A DNA stretch of 64,000 nucleotides from the IMG/VR virus record IMGVR_UViG_3300045412_000368, one strand, 5' to 3'. The position numbers and the translations under genes are program-made. Below, one piece after another: positions 27,301 to 36,715 of this stretch (its first letter is position 1; the number at the start of each line of letters is the position of its first letter). The DNA is from an uncultured virus (IMG/VR IMGVR_UViG_3300045412_000368). Lineage: Duplodnaviria > Heunggongvirae > Uroviricota > Caudoviricetes. A model generated the notes under the pieces. That model saw only the letters and a list, made by a program, of their open reading frames with translations, was not told where the DNA came from and ran no database searches.

Positions 27301-28179
27301 ATGAACGTCTCACAACAAATGGCTGAATTGATTAATCGTTTAAAGCAAGTTGAAGACGCACCTGCACAACGACAAGTAACAGCTGAAAATGTTTCCTCTA
27401 TTGGCCATATGGCTAGGCAACTGGGCACACTTGGGGATGCCATACCCACGTCTGTACAAAGGATTGCTGGGAACACTTGGGATAAAGTGCAAGGTGTTGC
27501 TGATAAATTTAAAAATCGTCAAACTGGGCAAGTTGCATCAAGCGATGAGTTAGCAGCACTACCTAAACAAGCTACCAATACTCCTAATTCAAGTAAGCCA
27601 GCTACACCAGCTACACCAGCTACACCAGCGCCACCAGCGCCACCAGCTACCTCAGCTACACCAGCTACACCAGCTACATCAGCTACCTCAGCTACACCAG
27701 CTACACCAGCTACACCAGCTACACCAGCTACACCAGCTACATCAGGTAAAAAACCTATATCTCCTGCAGCAGCAGCAATCGGAGGGGCCGCAGTGGGTGG
27801 AGCAGCAGGCCTCGGTGTAGGCTTACTACCCAATCAAAATCCACCTAAGCCAACGCCTACGCCAACGCCTACGCCAGGACCTACGCCAACACCTGCGCCT
27901 GACGGAGGACAGGTACCACCTACGCCAACACCTACGCCAGGACCTACGCCAGGACCTGCGCCTGACGGAGGAGCGCAACAACCTTCCAGTCCTTTAACTG
28001 ATAAGGAAATAGAGGAATTAGAATCTATTGCGAAAGAATTTAGAAATAGTGATGACCCTACTGTATTAAGTCTTTTATCGTACTATAATGGAATTAAAGG
28101 ATCTTTGTCTGCGCCAAAAGGACAAGTAAAAGAAAGCCTTTCAAGAATAAAATATCTAGCACACTATAAAAATTTTTAA
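27301..28179 (+). CDS. Hypothetical Pro/Ala/Thr-repeat protein with a hydrophobic segment
   Basis: SD GGAG; PAT and PT repeats. Confidence 0.75.
   Translation: MNVSQQMAELINRLKQVEDAPAQRQVTAENVSSIGHMARQLGTLGDAIPTSVQRIAGNTWDKVQGVADKFKNRQTGQVASSDELAALPKQATNTPNSSKPATPATPATPAPPAPPATSATPATPATSATSATPATPATPATPATPATSGKKPISPAAAAIGGAAVGGAAGLGVGLLPNQNPPKPTPTPTPTPGPTPTPAPDGGQVPPTPTPTPGPTPGPAPDGGAQQPSSPLTDKEIEELESIAKEFRNSDDPTVLSLLSYYNGIKGSLSAPKGQVKESLSRIKYLAHYKNF
27598..27972 (+). repeat. 9-bp CCAGCTACA (PAT) array and PT repeats with a duplicated PTPAPDGG/PGPAPDGG block
   Basis: Seen directly. Confidence 0.85.
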
Positions 28180-28496
28180 TGCCAGCCTCCTTGAAAACAA
28201 TGCCTTACTTCATGTCCTAATTCATGCATAGTAGGATTTCTTTTAGTGTAAATATTGCAATTATTACCCGTCCAAAAAGCACAGGCTTCGCTAGGTCCCC
28301 AATTGCGACTAGCAAAATTTTTTAATCTTTTTCGCCCTTCTTCATGACATACTTTGGCAATATCATCAACTGGAATCCAAGTCATTGTAACAATTTGATG
28401 CATATTAGCGTTAGTACTAAAAGGTGTATTAGGATCATCCCAATTAGCCAAGACATTGGTTGTTAAAAACGCAGTAATGAGAGCAAATGTTTTCAT
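28176..28496 (-). CDS. Small exported protein with HExxH zincin-like motif
   Basis: Signal peptide ending VLA; HELGHEVRHC; four Cys. Confidence 0.65.
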   Translation of the reverse strand: MKTFALITAFLTTNVLANWDDPNTPFSTNANMHQIVTMTWIPVDDIAKVCHEEGRKRLKNFASRNWGPSEACAFWTGNNCNIYTKRNPTMHELGHEVRHCFQGGWH

Positions 28497-28503
28497 AAAA
28501 GTA

Positions 28504-28532
28504 TTGACTTAAATTAATAATACTTGTATTAT
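28504..28532 (+). promoter_or_regulatory. sigma70-like promoter TTGACT-N17-TATTAT
   Basis: Correct spacing; upstream of the replication block. Confidence 0.6.
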
Positions 28533-28555
28533 ACTTCCACTTAAGAGGACTGTCA

Positions 28556-28813
28556 ATGACTACTAGGATATATGGACCAGAAGAAAAAGCAAAATTGGAA
28601 AAATTGATTAACGAAGGCAGTACTGTTCTTCGTGAAATTACAGATCTACAAGAAGGACTAAAGGACACTGTAAAAGCCGTAGCCGAGGAATTGAATATAA
28701 AAACCAGTATTATCAATCGTGCTATCAAAATTGCACATAAAGGCGATTGGAGCAGTTATGATAATGATTGGAAAGAAGTAGAAGCAATTTTAGATATTAC
28801 CAAAAAAATCTAA
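28556..28813 (+). CDS. Small dsDNA-binding protein (T4 DsbA/GapR-like)
   Basis: 85-aa coiled coil plus LKDTVKAVAEELNIK-x-S-x-INRAIK pattern. Confidence 0.55.
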   Translation: MTTRIYGPEEKAKLEKLINEGSTVLREITDLQEGLKDTVKAVAEELNIKTSIINRAIKIAHKGDWSSYDNDWKEVEAILDITKKI

Positions 28814-29028
28814 TGATCGTAATATTTGAATGGTTATGCACGGCCATTTTATTAGTAGGGGTAGCTTTGACCAGTTTCAATATATTCCCGTTAAATCTTT
28901 GGGTGTTATTTATAGGAAACTTGGGTTGGGTAGGACTTGGAATAATATGGCGCAAATGGAGTTTAATAGTGATGCAGACAGTTATTACTCTAATTTATAT
29001 TGTAGGCATAATTAATTTATATGTATAA
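28813..29028 (+). CDS. Small integral membrane protein
   Basis: TAATG-coupled start MIVIFEWLC; about three hydrophobic helices. Confidence 0.65.
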   Translation: MIVIFEWLCTAILLVGVALTSFNIFPLNLWVLFIGNLGWVGLGIIWRKWSLIVMQTVITLIYIVGIINLYV

Positions 29029-29032
29029 GGCC

Positions 29033-29087
29033 TAGTGAGCCATAAGTCACTGACTTGGTATTTGTGAGCCTAAAGTCACAAGAGGGG
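29033..29087 (+). promoter_or_regulatory. Tandem hairpins with near-identical 8-nt loops abutting the DNA polymerase SD (putative translational operator)
   Basis: AGTGA-GCCATAAG-TCACT and TTGTGA-GCCTAAAG-TCACAA, then GAGGGG. Confidence 0.6.
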
Positions 29088-29094
29088 AATATTA

Positions 29095-31764
29095 ATGTAT
29101 GTAGACGCCTATTTTGATAGGGAAAATGATATTGTCAAGGTTGTAGAGCGTGACCGCAAAGGTCAACGTATTTTTAAAGAATATCCTGCCAAATTTGTAT
29201 TTTACTATGACGATGCCAAAGGAAAATATGTCAGTATATATGGAACTCCAGTTAGTAGAACTGTTTGTAAAACACAAAAGGATTTTCATAAAGAACTTAA
29301 AATAAACTCAAATAAAAAAATCTATGAAGCAGATATAAATCAAATATTTGTATGTTTAAGTGAGCAATATCTTAATGCTGATGCTCCAAAGTTACACATA
29401 GCATTTTTTGATATTGAAGTGGACTTTAATCCAGAACGTGGATATGCTAGTCCAGATGATGCTTTTATGCCCATCACTGCTATAAGTGTACATTTACAGT
29501 GGCTTGATACGTTAGTGACATTAGCAGTTCCACCTAAAAGCCTAAATATTAAAGAGGCAGAACAGTTAGTTAAAGACTTTCCTAATACACATCTCTTTGA
29601 CAATGAAGCTGATATGTTAGATACTTTTTTAAGCCTAATAGAAGATGCTGATGTAATCACAGGATGGAATAGTGAAGGCTATGATATTCCCTATACTGTA
29701 AATCGTGTTATCAAAGTATTAAGTAAAGATGATACACGTAGATTCTGTTTATGGAATCATTATCCTAAACGCAAAGAGTATGAAAAATTTGGCAAAAAAG
29801 CTGTCACCTATGACCTTGTAGGTCGTGTACATTTAGATAGTTTAGAGTTATATCGTAGATATACTTATGAAGAAAGACATACTTATAGATTAGATGCTAT
29901 AGGAGAAATAGAGATAGGCGAATCTAAAACAGTCTACGAAGGTTCCTTAGATCAATTATATAATAATGACTTTACTAAGTTTATTGAATATAATCGTCAA
30001 GACTGTTCTCTGCTTAATAAATTAGATAATAAGTTAAAATTTATAGATCTTGCTAATACATTAGCACATGAAAATACAGTACTACTACAAACTACAATGG
30101 GTGCTGTGGCTGTGACAGAACAAGCAATTATTAACGAAGCACATCGTAGAGGACTCATAGTTCCAAATCGTACTAAAAAATCTGAACGTGATGATGGCAG
30201 TGCTGCTGGAGCATATGTAGCGCATCCTAAAGAAGGTATACATGATTGGATAGGCAGTGTGGATATAAACAGTCTATATCCTAGTGCGATTCGTGCTCTT
30301 AATATGGGTCCTGAAACTGTAGTAGGACAATTACGTCAAACTATGACAGATAATTATATTAATGAACAAATGGGTAAAGGAAAAACTTTTGCTGGTAGTT
30401 GGGAAGGTCGTTTTAGTAGTTTAGAATATGAAGCAGTTATTAATCGAGAGATTGGCACTGAAATTATTATTGATTGGGAAGACGGAACTAATAATATGGT
30501 CAGTGCTGCAGAAGCATATAAATTAATCTTTGATAGTAATCAACCATGGATGCTTAGTGCTAATGGTACTATCTTTACTTATGAAAAAGAAGGAGTCATT
30601 CCAGGCTTATTAGAACGTTGGAACAAAGAGCGCAAAGAAATGCAGGCCAAACTAAAGGAGGCTATAAATGCTGGAAATAACATCGAGGAAGAATACTGGG
30701 ATAAAAGGCAGTTGGTTAAAAAGATTAACCTTAATAGTTTGTATGGCGCTATTCTTAATCCTGGGTGTAGATTTTTTGATAAACGTATTGGGCAAAGTAC
30801 TACCCTTAGTGGCAGACAAATTACCAAACACATGGCTGCTAAAATAAATGAAATAATTACAGGTGATTATAACCACGTTGGTCGTAGTATAATTTATGGT
30901 GATACTGATAGTGCTTATTTTAGTGCCTATCGTGCACTAAAAAAAGAAATAGATAAAGGAATAATCCCTTGGACTAAAGAAACTGTAGTACAACTTTATG
31001 ATAGTGTAGCTGAAGAAGTAAACAAGTCATTTCCTAACTTTATGATGGAGGCTTTTCATTGTCCAAAAAGTAGAGGCAGTGTCATAAGAGCGGGCAGAGA
31101 ACTTGTAGCCAGTAAGGGACTATTTATTACAAAAAAACGTTATGCTGTACTGTACTATGACAAAGAGAATAAAAGACAAGATGTAGAAGATAAGCAAGGT
31201 AAAATCAAAGCTATGGGACTTGATCTCAAACGTAGTGACACTCCAGAATTTATACAGAACTTTTTAAGTGAAATATTAGAAATGGTACTTACTGGTAAAG
31301 AAGAAAAAATAATTTTAGACTATATTAGTAAGTTTAGGTTAGATTTTAAAAATAGACCAGGATGGGAAAAAGGTAGTCCACGTCGTGCTAATAATATTAC
31401 TGAATATGATGCAAAAGAACGTAAACAAGGAAAAACTAATATGCCAGGTCATGTAAGAGCAAGTATCAATTGGAATACTTTAAAAAAAATTAACAATGAC
31501 AAATATAGTATGAATATAACAGACGGAGCTAAGGTAGTGGTATGCAAATTAAGAAATAATCCATTGTCCTATACTAGTGTAGCTTATCCAGTGGACGAGC
31601 TTAGACTCCCACAATGGTTTAAAGATTTACCTTTTGATCATGAAGCAATGGAAGATACCATAATAGATAATAAATTAGAAAACTTAATAGGTGTACTTAA
31701 TTGGAAATTAAGTAACACAAAAGAAATGAGTACCTTTAACAAGTTTTTTAAATTTAGTACTTGA
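29095..31764 (+). CDS. Family B DNA polymerase (gp43-like)
   Basis: DIEV exonuclease motif, DINSLYPS, KINLNSLYG, YGDTDS, KKRY. Confidence 0.97.
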   Translation: MYVDAYFDRENDIVKVVERDRKGQRIFKEYPAKFVFYYDDAKGKYVSIYGTPVSRTVCKTQKDFHKELKINSNKKIYEADINQIFVCLSEQYLNADAPKLHIAFFDIEVDFNPERGYASPDDAFMPITAISVHLQWLDTLVTLAVPPKSLNIKEAEQLVKDFPNTHLFDNEADMLDTFLSLIEDADVITGWNSEGYDIPYTVNRVIKVLSKDDTRRFCLWNHYPKRKEYEKFGKKAVTYDLVGRVHLDSLELYRRYTYEERHTYRLDAIGEIEIGESKTVYEGSLDQLYNNDFTKFIEYNRQDCSLLNKLDNKLKFIDLANTLAHENTVLLQTTMGAVAVTEQAIINEAHRRGLIVPNRTKKSERDDGSAAGAYVAHPKEGIHDWIGSVDINSLYPSAIRALNMGPETVVGQLRQTMTDNYINEQMGKGKTFAGSWEGRFSSLEYEAVINREIGTEIIIDWEDGTNNMVSAAEAYKLIFDSNQPWMLSANGTIFTYEKEGVIPGLLERWNKERKEMQAKLKEAINAGNNIEEEYWDKRQLVKKINLNSLYGAILNPGCRFFDKRIGQSTTLSGRQITKHMAAKINEIITGDYNHVGRSIIYGDTDSAYFSAYRALKKEIDKGIIPWTKETVVQLYDSVAEEVNKSFPNFMMEAFHCPKSRGSVIRAGRELVASKGLFITKKRYAVLYYDKENKRQDVEDKQGKIKAMGLDLKRSDTPEFIQNFLSEILEMVLTGKEEKIILDYISKFRLDFKNRPGWEKGSPRRANNITEYDAKERKQGKTNMPGHVRASINWNTLKKINNDKYSMNITDGAKVVVCKLRNNPLSYTSVAYPVDELRLPQWFKDLPFDHEAMEDTIIDNKLENLIGVLNWKLSNTKEMSTFNKFFKFST

Positions 31765-31789
31765 CTTTTACCTTATTTCTAAATATACT
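31761..31789 (+). promoter_or_regulatory. Overlapping sigma70 (TTGACT-N17-TATACT) and late (TAAATA 31780-31785) promoters
   Basis: Seen directly upstream of the clamp gene. Confidence 0.65.
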
Positions 31790-31806
31790 AAAACAAGGAG
31801 AAAATT

Positions 31807-32541
31807 ATGATTAGAGATATTTTAACTGATATTGTAACACACACATCAATATTAGGCTTTCCTTTCGCTAAAGTTGTTAGCGATAAGAAAACAACAGTAG
31901 TTGAAAGCATGGATGAAAATCGTTCAGTAATTGTAAGAGCACAGACACATAATCCAGTTCACGAATTTAAAGGAACTTTTGGATTGCCTAATTTAAACAT
32001 TTTGAACCTTTTACTTAAAAACCCAGAATATAAGGAAAATCCAAATATTGAAATTATTATTGAAAAAAGAAACAATAAAGATATTCCTGTGAGTATTTTT
32101 TTCGAAAATGTAGATCGTGATTTTAATAATACCTATACTCTAATTAGTCAGGAAGTAATAAGTGCTAAATTGGCAGAATACGAATTTGCTGAGCCTAACT
32201 GGGATATTGAATTCAATCCCAGTATAATCAGTATACAAAGACTAAAACTACAATCACAGATCCATACTGAAGAAGAATTTTTTAAATCTAAAGTAGAAAA
32301 GAAAAATCTTATAGTTAGTTTTGGTGGAATCGCTAGCACCCATATAGGTAGTTTTGTTTTTCAATCTAATATTGAAGGCAAGTTAACAAATATTTTTAAC
32401 TGGCCTTTACAGGCTGTTATTAACATTTTAAATTTAGATGGGGATAAAACTATGAAAATTAGCGATAGTGGGCTTATGATGATCACTGTAGATAGTGGAC
32501 TTACAGTTTATGATTATATTATCCCAGCAGTAACCAAATAA
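31807..32541 (+). CDS. Sliding clamp (gp45/PCNA-like)
   Basis: 244 aa; follows the polymerase; two-domain pattern; ends YDYIIPA. Confidence 0.7.
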   Translation: MIRDILTDIVTHTSILGFPFAKVVSDKKTTVVESMDENRSVIVRAQTHNPVHEFKGTFGLPNLNILNLLLKNPEYKENPNIEIIIEKRNNKDIPVSIFFENVDRDFNNTYTLISQEVISAKLAEYEFAEPNWDIEFNPSIISIQRLKLQSQIHTEEEFFKSKVEKKNLIVSFGGIASTHIGSFVFQSNIEGKLTNIFNWPLQAVINILNLDGDKTMKISDSGLMMITVDSGLTVYDYIIPAVTK

Positions 32542-32542
32542 T

Positions 32543-34084
32543 ATGAATACTGACTTAACCAGTACTCAATTAGATTATGCCAAGTTTTTACCTGCTACCA
32601 GTTCCTTTTATGCAACATTTATAGGTAAACAACGTTATACACACTATGTAGATCCTAATCGTATTCCTAAAAGCTTTATTAATGATATGGAAAGTTTAAA
32701 CTTTCTTGACCCCATTAAAGGTCAATTTTATTATAAATGGTGTTTATACAGTGCAGGACATGCCAATTTAGATTTATCTAAAATATGCTGGCGTGAAGAT
32801 ATGTTCCGTAATCGTAATCGTACAAATAGTTGGGTGCTTGGTGACAGCGGTGGATTCCAAATTGGTAAGGGTCGTTGGGAGGGAGATTGGAAGAATATTA
32901 ATTGTCCTAAAGCTGCAAAAAAAAGACGTCAAGTATTAGAGTGGATGGATACTCTAATGGACTATGGAATGATCTTAGATATTCCAAGTTGGACTAAGAA
33001 TAAAGAAAAAACAGGTATTAGTTGTATTGAAGAGGCAATAGCAGGTACACATATTAATAACGAATACTTTATACGTAATCGCAGTGGCAAATGTAAATTT
33101 CTTAATGTACTTCAAGGTGAAGATCACGGGGAAGCCGATCAGTGGTATAATCAGATGAAAAAATATAGTGACCCCAAACAATATCCCAATGAACATTTTA
33201 ATGGCTGGGGTATGGGTGGTCAAAATATGTGCGAAATAGAACTAATATTAAAGAGACTTGTGGAATTAAGATTTGATAATTTATTAGAACCAAAAGTACA
33301 TGATTGGATGCACTTCTTAGGTACTAGTAAATTGGAATGGGCTTTACTATTAACTGATATTCAAAGAGCAATACGCAAGTATCATAATCCAAACTTTACA
33401 ATTAGTTATGATTGTGCTAGTCCTTTCCTTGGAACTGCTAATGGTCAAATTTATTATCAAACTGAAACAATAGATCGTAAAAAATGGACCTATCGTATGG
33501 CAGCAGGTCTTGACGATAAAAAATATAAAAATGATTCGCGTCTATATAAGAATGCAGTTATAAATGACAATAAATTACCTTGTTTTGATAATAGTCCAAT
33601 AATGGATAATATCAAAGTAAATGATATCTGTATATATGGACCTAATGATCTTAACAAATTTGGTAAAAGCAACAAAACTAGCTGGGATAGTTTTAGCTAT
33701 GGTATAATGATGGGGCATAATGTTTATAGACATCTTTATAGTGTACAAGAAGCAAATCGTCAATATGATAATAATCTTTGTCCAGATATGCTAGTATATG
33801 AAAAGGATCGACAAGTTTATGTTAAGGATATAATTAATGCTATTTTTGAAACTTCAGATAAAGATAAAGCTATTAATATAATTAACAATGAAGCAGTACC
33901 TCTTAATAGAATCAGAGGAACAAGAGGAACAAGCGGTCAGGGAGCTTTTAGTTCAATTCCTAATTTTAAAAAATTCTTTTCCCCAAAAACTATTCAAATT
34001 GAATTTTTAGAAAATGAATTTGATCAAAATGCTTATGATGTTTTAGAATCATTTGAAATAGAAGTTGAAAATGACATTGCCTGA
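32543..34084 (+). CDS. TGT-fold base-exchange enzyme (DpdA-like DNA transglycosylase)
   Basis: GDSGGFQ, MILDIP, NVLQG, GWGMGG, HFLG, SYDC, GHN; clustered with folE/queE. Confidence 0.75.
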   Translation: MNTDLTSTQLDYAKFLPATSSFYATFIGKQRYTHYVDPNRIPKSFINDMESLNFLDPIKGQFYYKWCLYSAGHANLDLSKICWREDMFRNRNRTNSWVLGDSGGFQIGKGRWEGDWKNINCPKAAKKRRQVLEWMDTLMDYGMILDIPSWTKNKEKTGISCIEEAIAGTHINNEYFIRNRSGKCKFLNVLQGEDHGEADQWYNQMKKYSDPKQYPNEHFNGWGMGGQNMCEIELILKRLVELRFDNLLEPKVHDWMHFLGTSKLEWALLLTDIQRAIRKYHNPNFTISYDCASPFLGTANGQIYYQTETIDRKKWTYRMAAGLDDKKYKNDSRLYKNAVINDNKLPCFDNSPIMDNIKVNDICIYGPNDLNKFGKSNKTSWDSFSYGIMMGHNVYRHLYSVQEANRQYDNNLCPDMLVYEKDRQVYVKDIINAIFETSDKDKAINIINNEAVPLNRIRGTRGTSGQGAFSSIPNFKKFFSPKTIQIEFLENEFDQNAYDVLESFEIEVENDIA

Positions 34085-34316
34085 CGAACGCTATCGTGCT
34101 CTAGTACAAACTAAAGAACTGTTACTTAATTTGTGTAACCCAAAAAAAACTCCACGAGTACCAAGAGTTATACGTGAACATGCCATGTCTGTATTACGGC
34201 ATTACCCTAACGATTGTGATTTAGAAAAGTTAAGTATTGATATGCCAAAATATTTTGCTAAGGAAATAGAACCTGTTACACGTATGTTTATGAAATATGA
34301 AAACAAAAATGCGTAG
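34071..34316 (+). CDS. Hypothetical protein
   Basis: MTLPDERYRA...TPRVP...LRHYP. Confidence 0.7.
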   Translation: MTLPDERYRALVQTKELLLNLCNPKKTPRVPRVIREHAMSVLRHYPNDCDLEKLSIDMPKYFAKEIEPVTRMFMKYENKNA

Positions 34317-35196
34317 CCTAATTATTGGTATGGGTATAGGTAAACTATATAAAAATGTTTTAGAAAGTATAGGACATGAAGTTATTACTGTGGATACTAA
34401 CCCATCTCAGCACGCTGATTATACAAACTTAAGCCAAGCATTATCAAAAAATTACAAGTTTGATACAACTCATATTTGTACACCTAACTTTACACATGAA
34501 CCAATAGCATTAGAAGTGGTAAATCATACCCGTATTTTGTTTATTGAAAAACCAGGACTGTCTAACAGTGATGCTTGGGATAAGCTAGTTGAAGATAATT
34601 CTAATACACGTATTGTTATGGTTAAGAATAATCAATATAGAGATAACATAGAAGAAATAAAACAAATTGCTAGTGCCAGTGTAATAGTTGATATAAATTG
34701 GATTAATGAAGATCGCGTGCCAAGTCCAGGTAGTTGGTTCACTAACCGTGAACTTGCATGGGGCGGCGTAAGTCGTGATCTTATGCCCCACTTATTAAGT
34801 ATTTGGTGCATTTTAGATCCATTATATTATAATGCGGATAGAACCCGTAAAGAAGTAAAACAACGTTGGAGTTTAAAAGACCTTACTAGTACCAGTTATG
34901 GAACTGCTTACCCTGATGGTGTATATGATGTAGATGATTATTGTAGACTTGGCTTCCTCGGTGCTGAAACTATGTGGACTTTAACAGCAGATTGGCGTAG
35001 TTTAACACCTGCTGATATAGGGATTTATTTCCAATTATATACAGGACATAAGCATTCTATTCCATTAGGACTATGCCCAGAAAGCGCTTATAAAACAATG
35101 ATTATAACAGCCTTAAAAAACATTGATAACCAAGAGTTTTGGGATAATCAATACTTTATGGACAGTTGGATACATAGTAAAATAGAGAAATTATGA
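34297..35196 (+). CDS. Gfo/Idh/MocA-family NAD(P)-dependent oxidoreductase
   Basis: IIGMGIG, ICTPNFTH, IEKP, GG-x3-DLMPH. Confidence 0.85.
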   Translation: MKTKMRSLIIGMGIGKLYKNVLESIGHEVITVDTNPSQHADYTNLSQALSKNYKFDTTHICTPNFTHEPIALEVVNHTRILFIEKPGLSNSDAWDKLVEDNSNTRIVMVKNNQYRDNIEEIKQIASASVIVDINWINEDRVPSPGSWFTNRELAWGGVSRDLMPHLLSIWCILDPLYYNADRTRKEVKQRWSLKDLTSTSYGTAYPDGVYDVDDYCRLGFLGAETMWTLTADWRSLTPADIGIYFQLYTGHKHSIPLGLCPESAYKTMIITALKNIDNQEFWDNQYFMDSWIHSKIEKL

Positions 35197-36071
35197 ATAA
35201 ACTATTAGCAACAACAGGGAATGGAGTATTTTTTGAAACAAGTATAGCACTTGATCCCGTTCCAATTAATGGTATTCGTGTACGTAGCATTATGACAGGA
35301 ATATGTCGTAGTGATATAGATATGATGAATGGCTATTTTAATTCATTGCCATTAGGCATGCAGGGACATGAAGGGTTAGGCGAAGTTGTAGAAGTTGGCA
35401 AATTAGTCTATGATGTGTTTGTAGGTGATCTTGTGGCCACAAGAGGCGAGCCTGCTTATGCTGATTTTTACAATGTTAGATTTGGTGAATATGTAAAGGT
35501 TCCAGAAGCACATCCACGCTACATAATTGAACCTGTAGCCTGTGGAGTAAACAGTGTAAACCAATATTATTACCATCTCAAACGTAAAGAAGGTGGAAGA
35601 TTACTAATTAATGGTACTGGCTTTTTAAGTTATGTAGCATATATTACACTTAAGATCAGTAATTTTAATTTTGATATTGATGTAATAGGTAATCATCATC
35701 ATGACTTGTTTGGATCAGATCATAAAAACACTTATGATGGTGAATATGATGTAATTATGGATTTTAAAGGTAATGATCTTTATGCTATAGCCACTAATGG
35801 TATTTTAGTCAATGCTGTTAGTAAGGTCACAACAAAACAAATTGAAGATCATTTACTTTGGAATTGTGTCACCACTATTCGTCCAAGTCCCCGTAGTAAA
35901 ACATTCTTCCAAAGTATGGAATATGCTGTTAAATGGATAAAAGAAGGTCGCTTAAATGTTGACAGATTTTGGACCCAATCCTATAATAGGAACACAGAGT
36001 GGCAACAGGCTTTTCAAGATGGTGCCAACAGACCAACAAATTACGGCAGAGGTTATATTGTATGGCCATAG
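35193..36071 (+). CDS. Zn-dependent medium-chain dehydrogenase
   Basis: GICRSD, GHEGLGEV, IEP-x-AC, GTG. Confidence 0.85.
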   Translation: MNKLLATTGNGVFFETSIALDPVPINGIRVRSIMTGICRSDIDMMNGYFNSLPLGMQGHEGLGEVVEVGKLVYDVFVGDLVATRGEPAYADFYNVRFGEYVKVPEAHPRYIIEPVACGVNSVNQYYYHLKRKEGGRLLINGTGFLSYVAYITLKISNFNFDIDVIGNHHHDLFGSDHKNTYDGEYDVIMDFKGNDLYAIATNGILVNAVSKVTTKQIEDHLLWNCVTTIRPSPRSKTFFQSMEYAVKWIKEGRLNVDRFWTQSYNRNTEWQQAFQDGANRPTNYGRGYIVWP

Positions 36072-36565
36072 GAACAGAAGGCAGGCAACAAGTAGATTAT
36101 TTTATTGGCATTGAAGTTGAAAATACTCCAATGAAAGGTGTACGTACACTATTTGTAGTTGGTGTCAAACCTGTAGATGAGATTATTAGCAAAGTAAATA
36201 ACCTCGACCACATTTATTTAGGAACAAGTCAAAGTTTTAAACCATCCACTCTAGAAGATTGGCAGAGTTGGAGCACTATGATTAATAAATTATTGGACAT
36301 TGGTTATTGGGTAACTCTCGACTTTGATGTTAAATATGCTAATGAAATTAACGAGATGGGGTTTACAGAAAACAATAAATTTATTCCTATGATTAGTGTT
36401 AAAATTCCCCATATTAAATTATATAACTATAATGCAGTATTAAAAATTGATGATAATACTTGGGGAGAGACTAATCCAGGAGTATGGTGTCATTATTTAC
36501 ATGATCTAATGAAACGTAATACATATACAGATTGGCGAGAATACGAAGGGGATACGCCAGTATGA
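36062..36565 (+). CDS. Hypothetical protein within the modification cluster
   Basis: ATG at 36062; FIGIEVE...TLFVVG...KIDD...NPGVW. Confidence 0.7.
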   Translation: MAIGTEGRQQVDYFIGIEVENTPMKGVRTLFVVGVKPVDEIISKVNNLDHIYLGTSQSFKPSTLEDWQSWSTMINKLLDIGYWVTLDFDVKYANEINEMGFTENNKFIPMISVKIPHIKLYNYNAVLKIDDNTWGETNPGVWCHYLHDLMKRNTYTDWREYEGDTPV

Positions 36566-36715
36566 ATCCTACATTGATAAAAGATACGCAGAAGTATAGG
36601 ATTAGTTCAATCAAACACTCTTGTGGTAATCTTTAAACCCTATATAATGCAATTTGCCAACTATTGCTAGTAATAGCATTACTTTTAATAAACTTTTTAA
36701 AATAGAGTAATTCAA

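Noticed and set aside
29095..31764. Intein or intron in the polymerase (also checked terminase and UvsX)
   Set aside because: Lengths are ordinary, motifs are contiguous, and no splicing or homing-endonuclease motifs were seen
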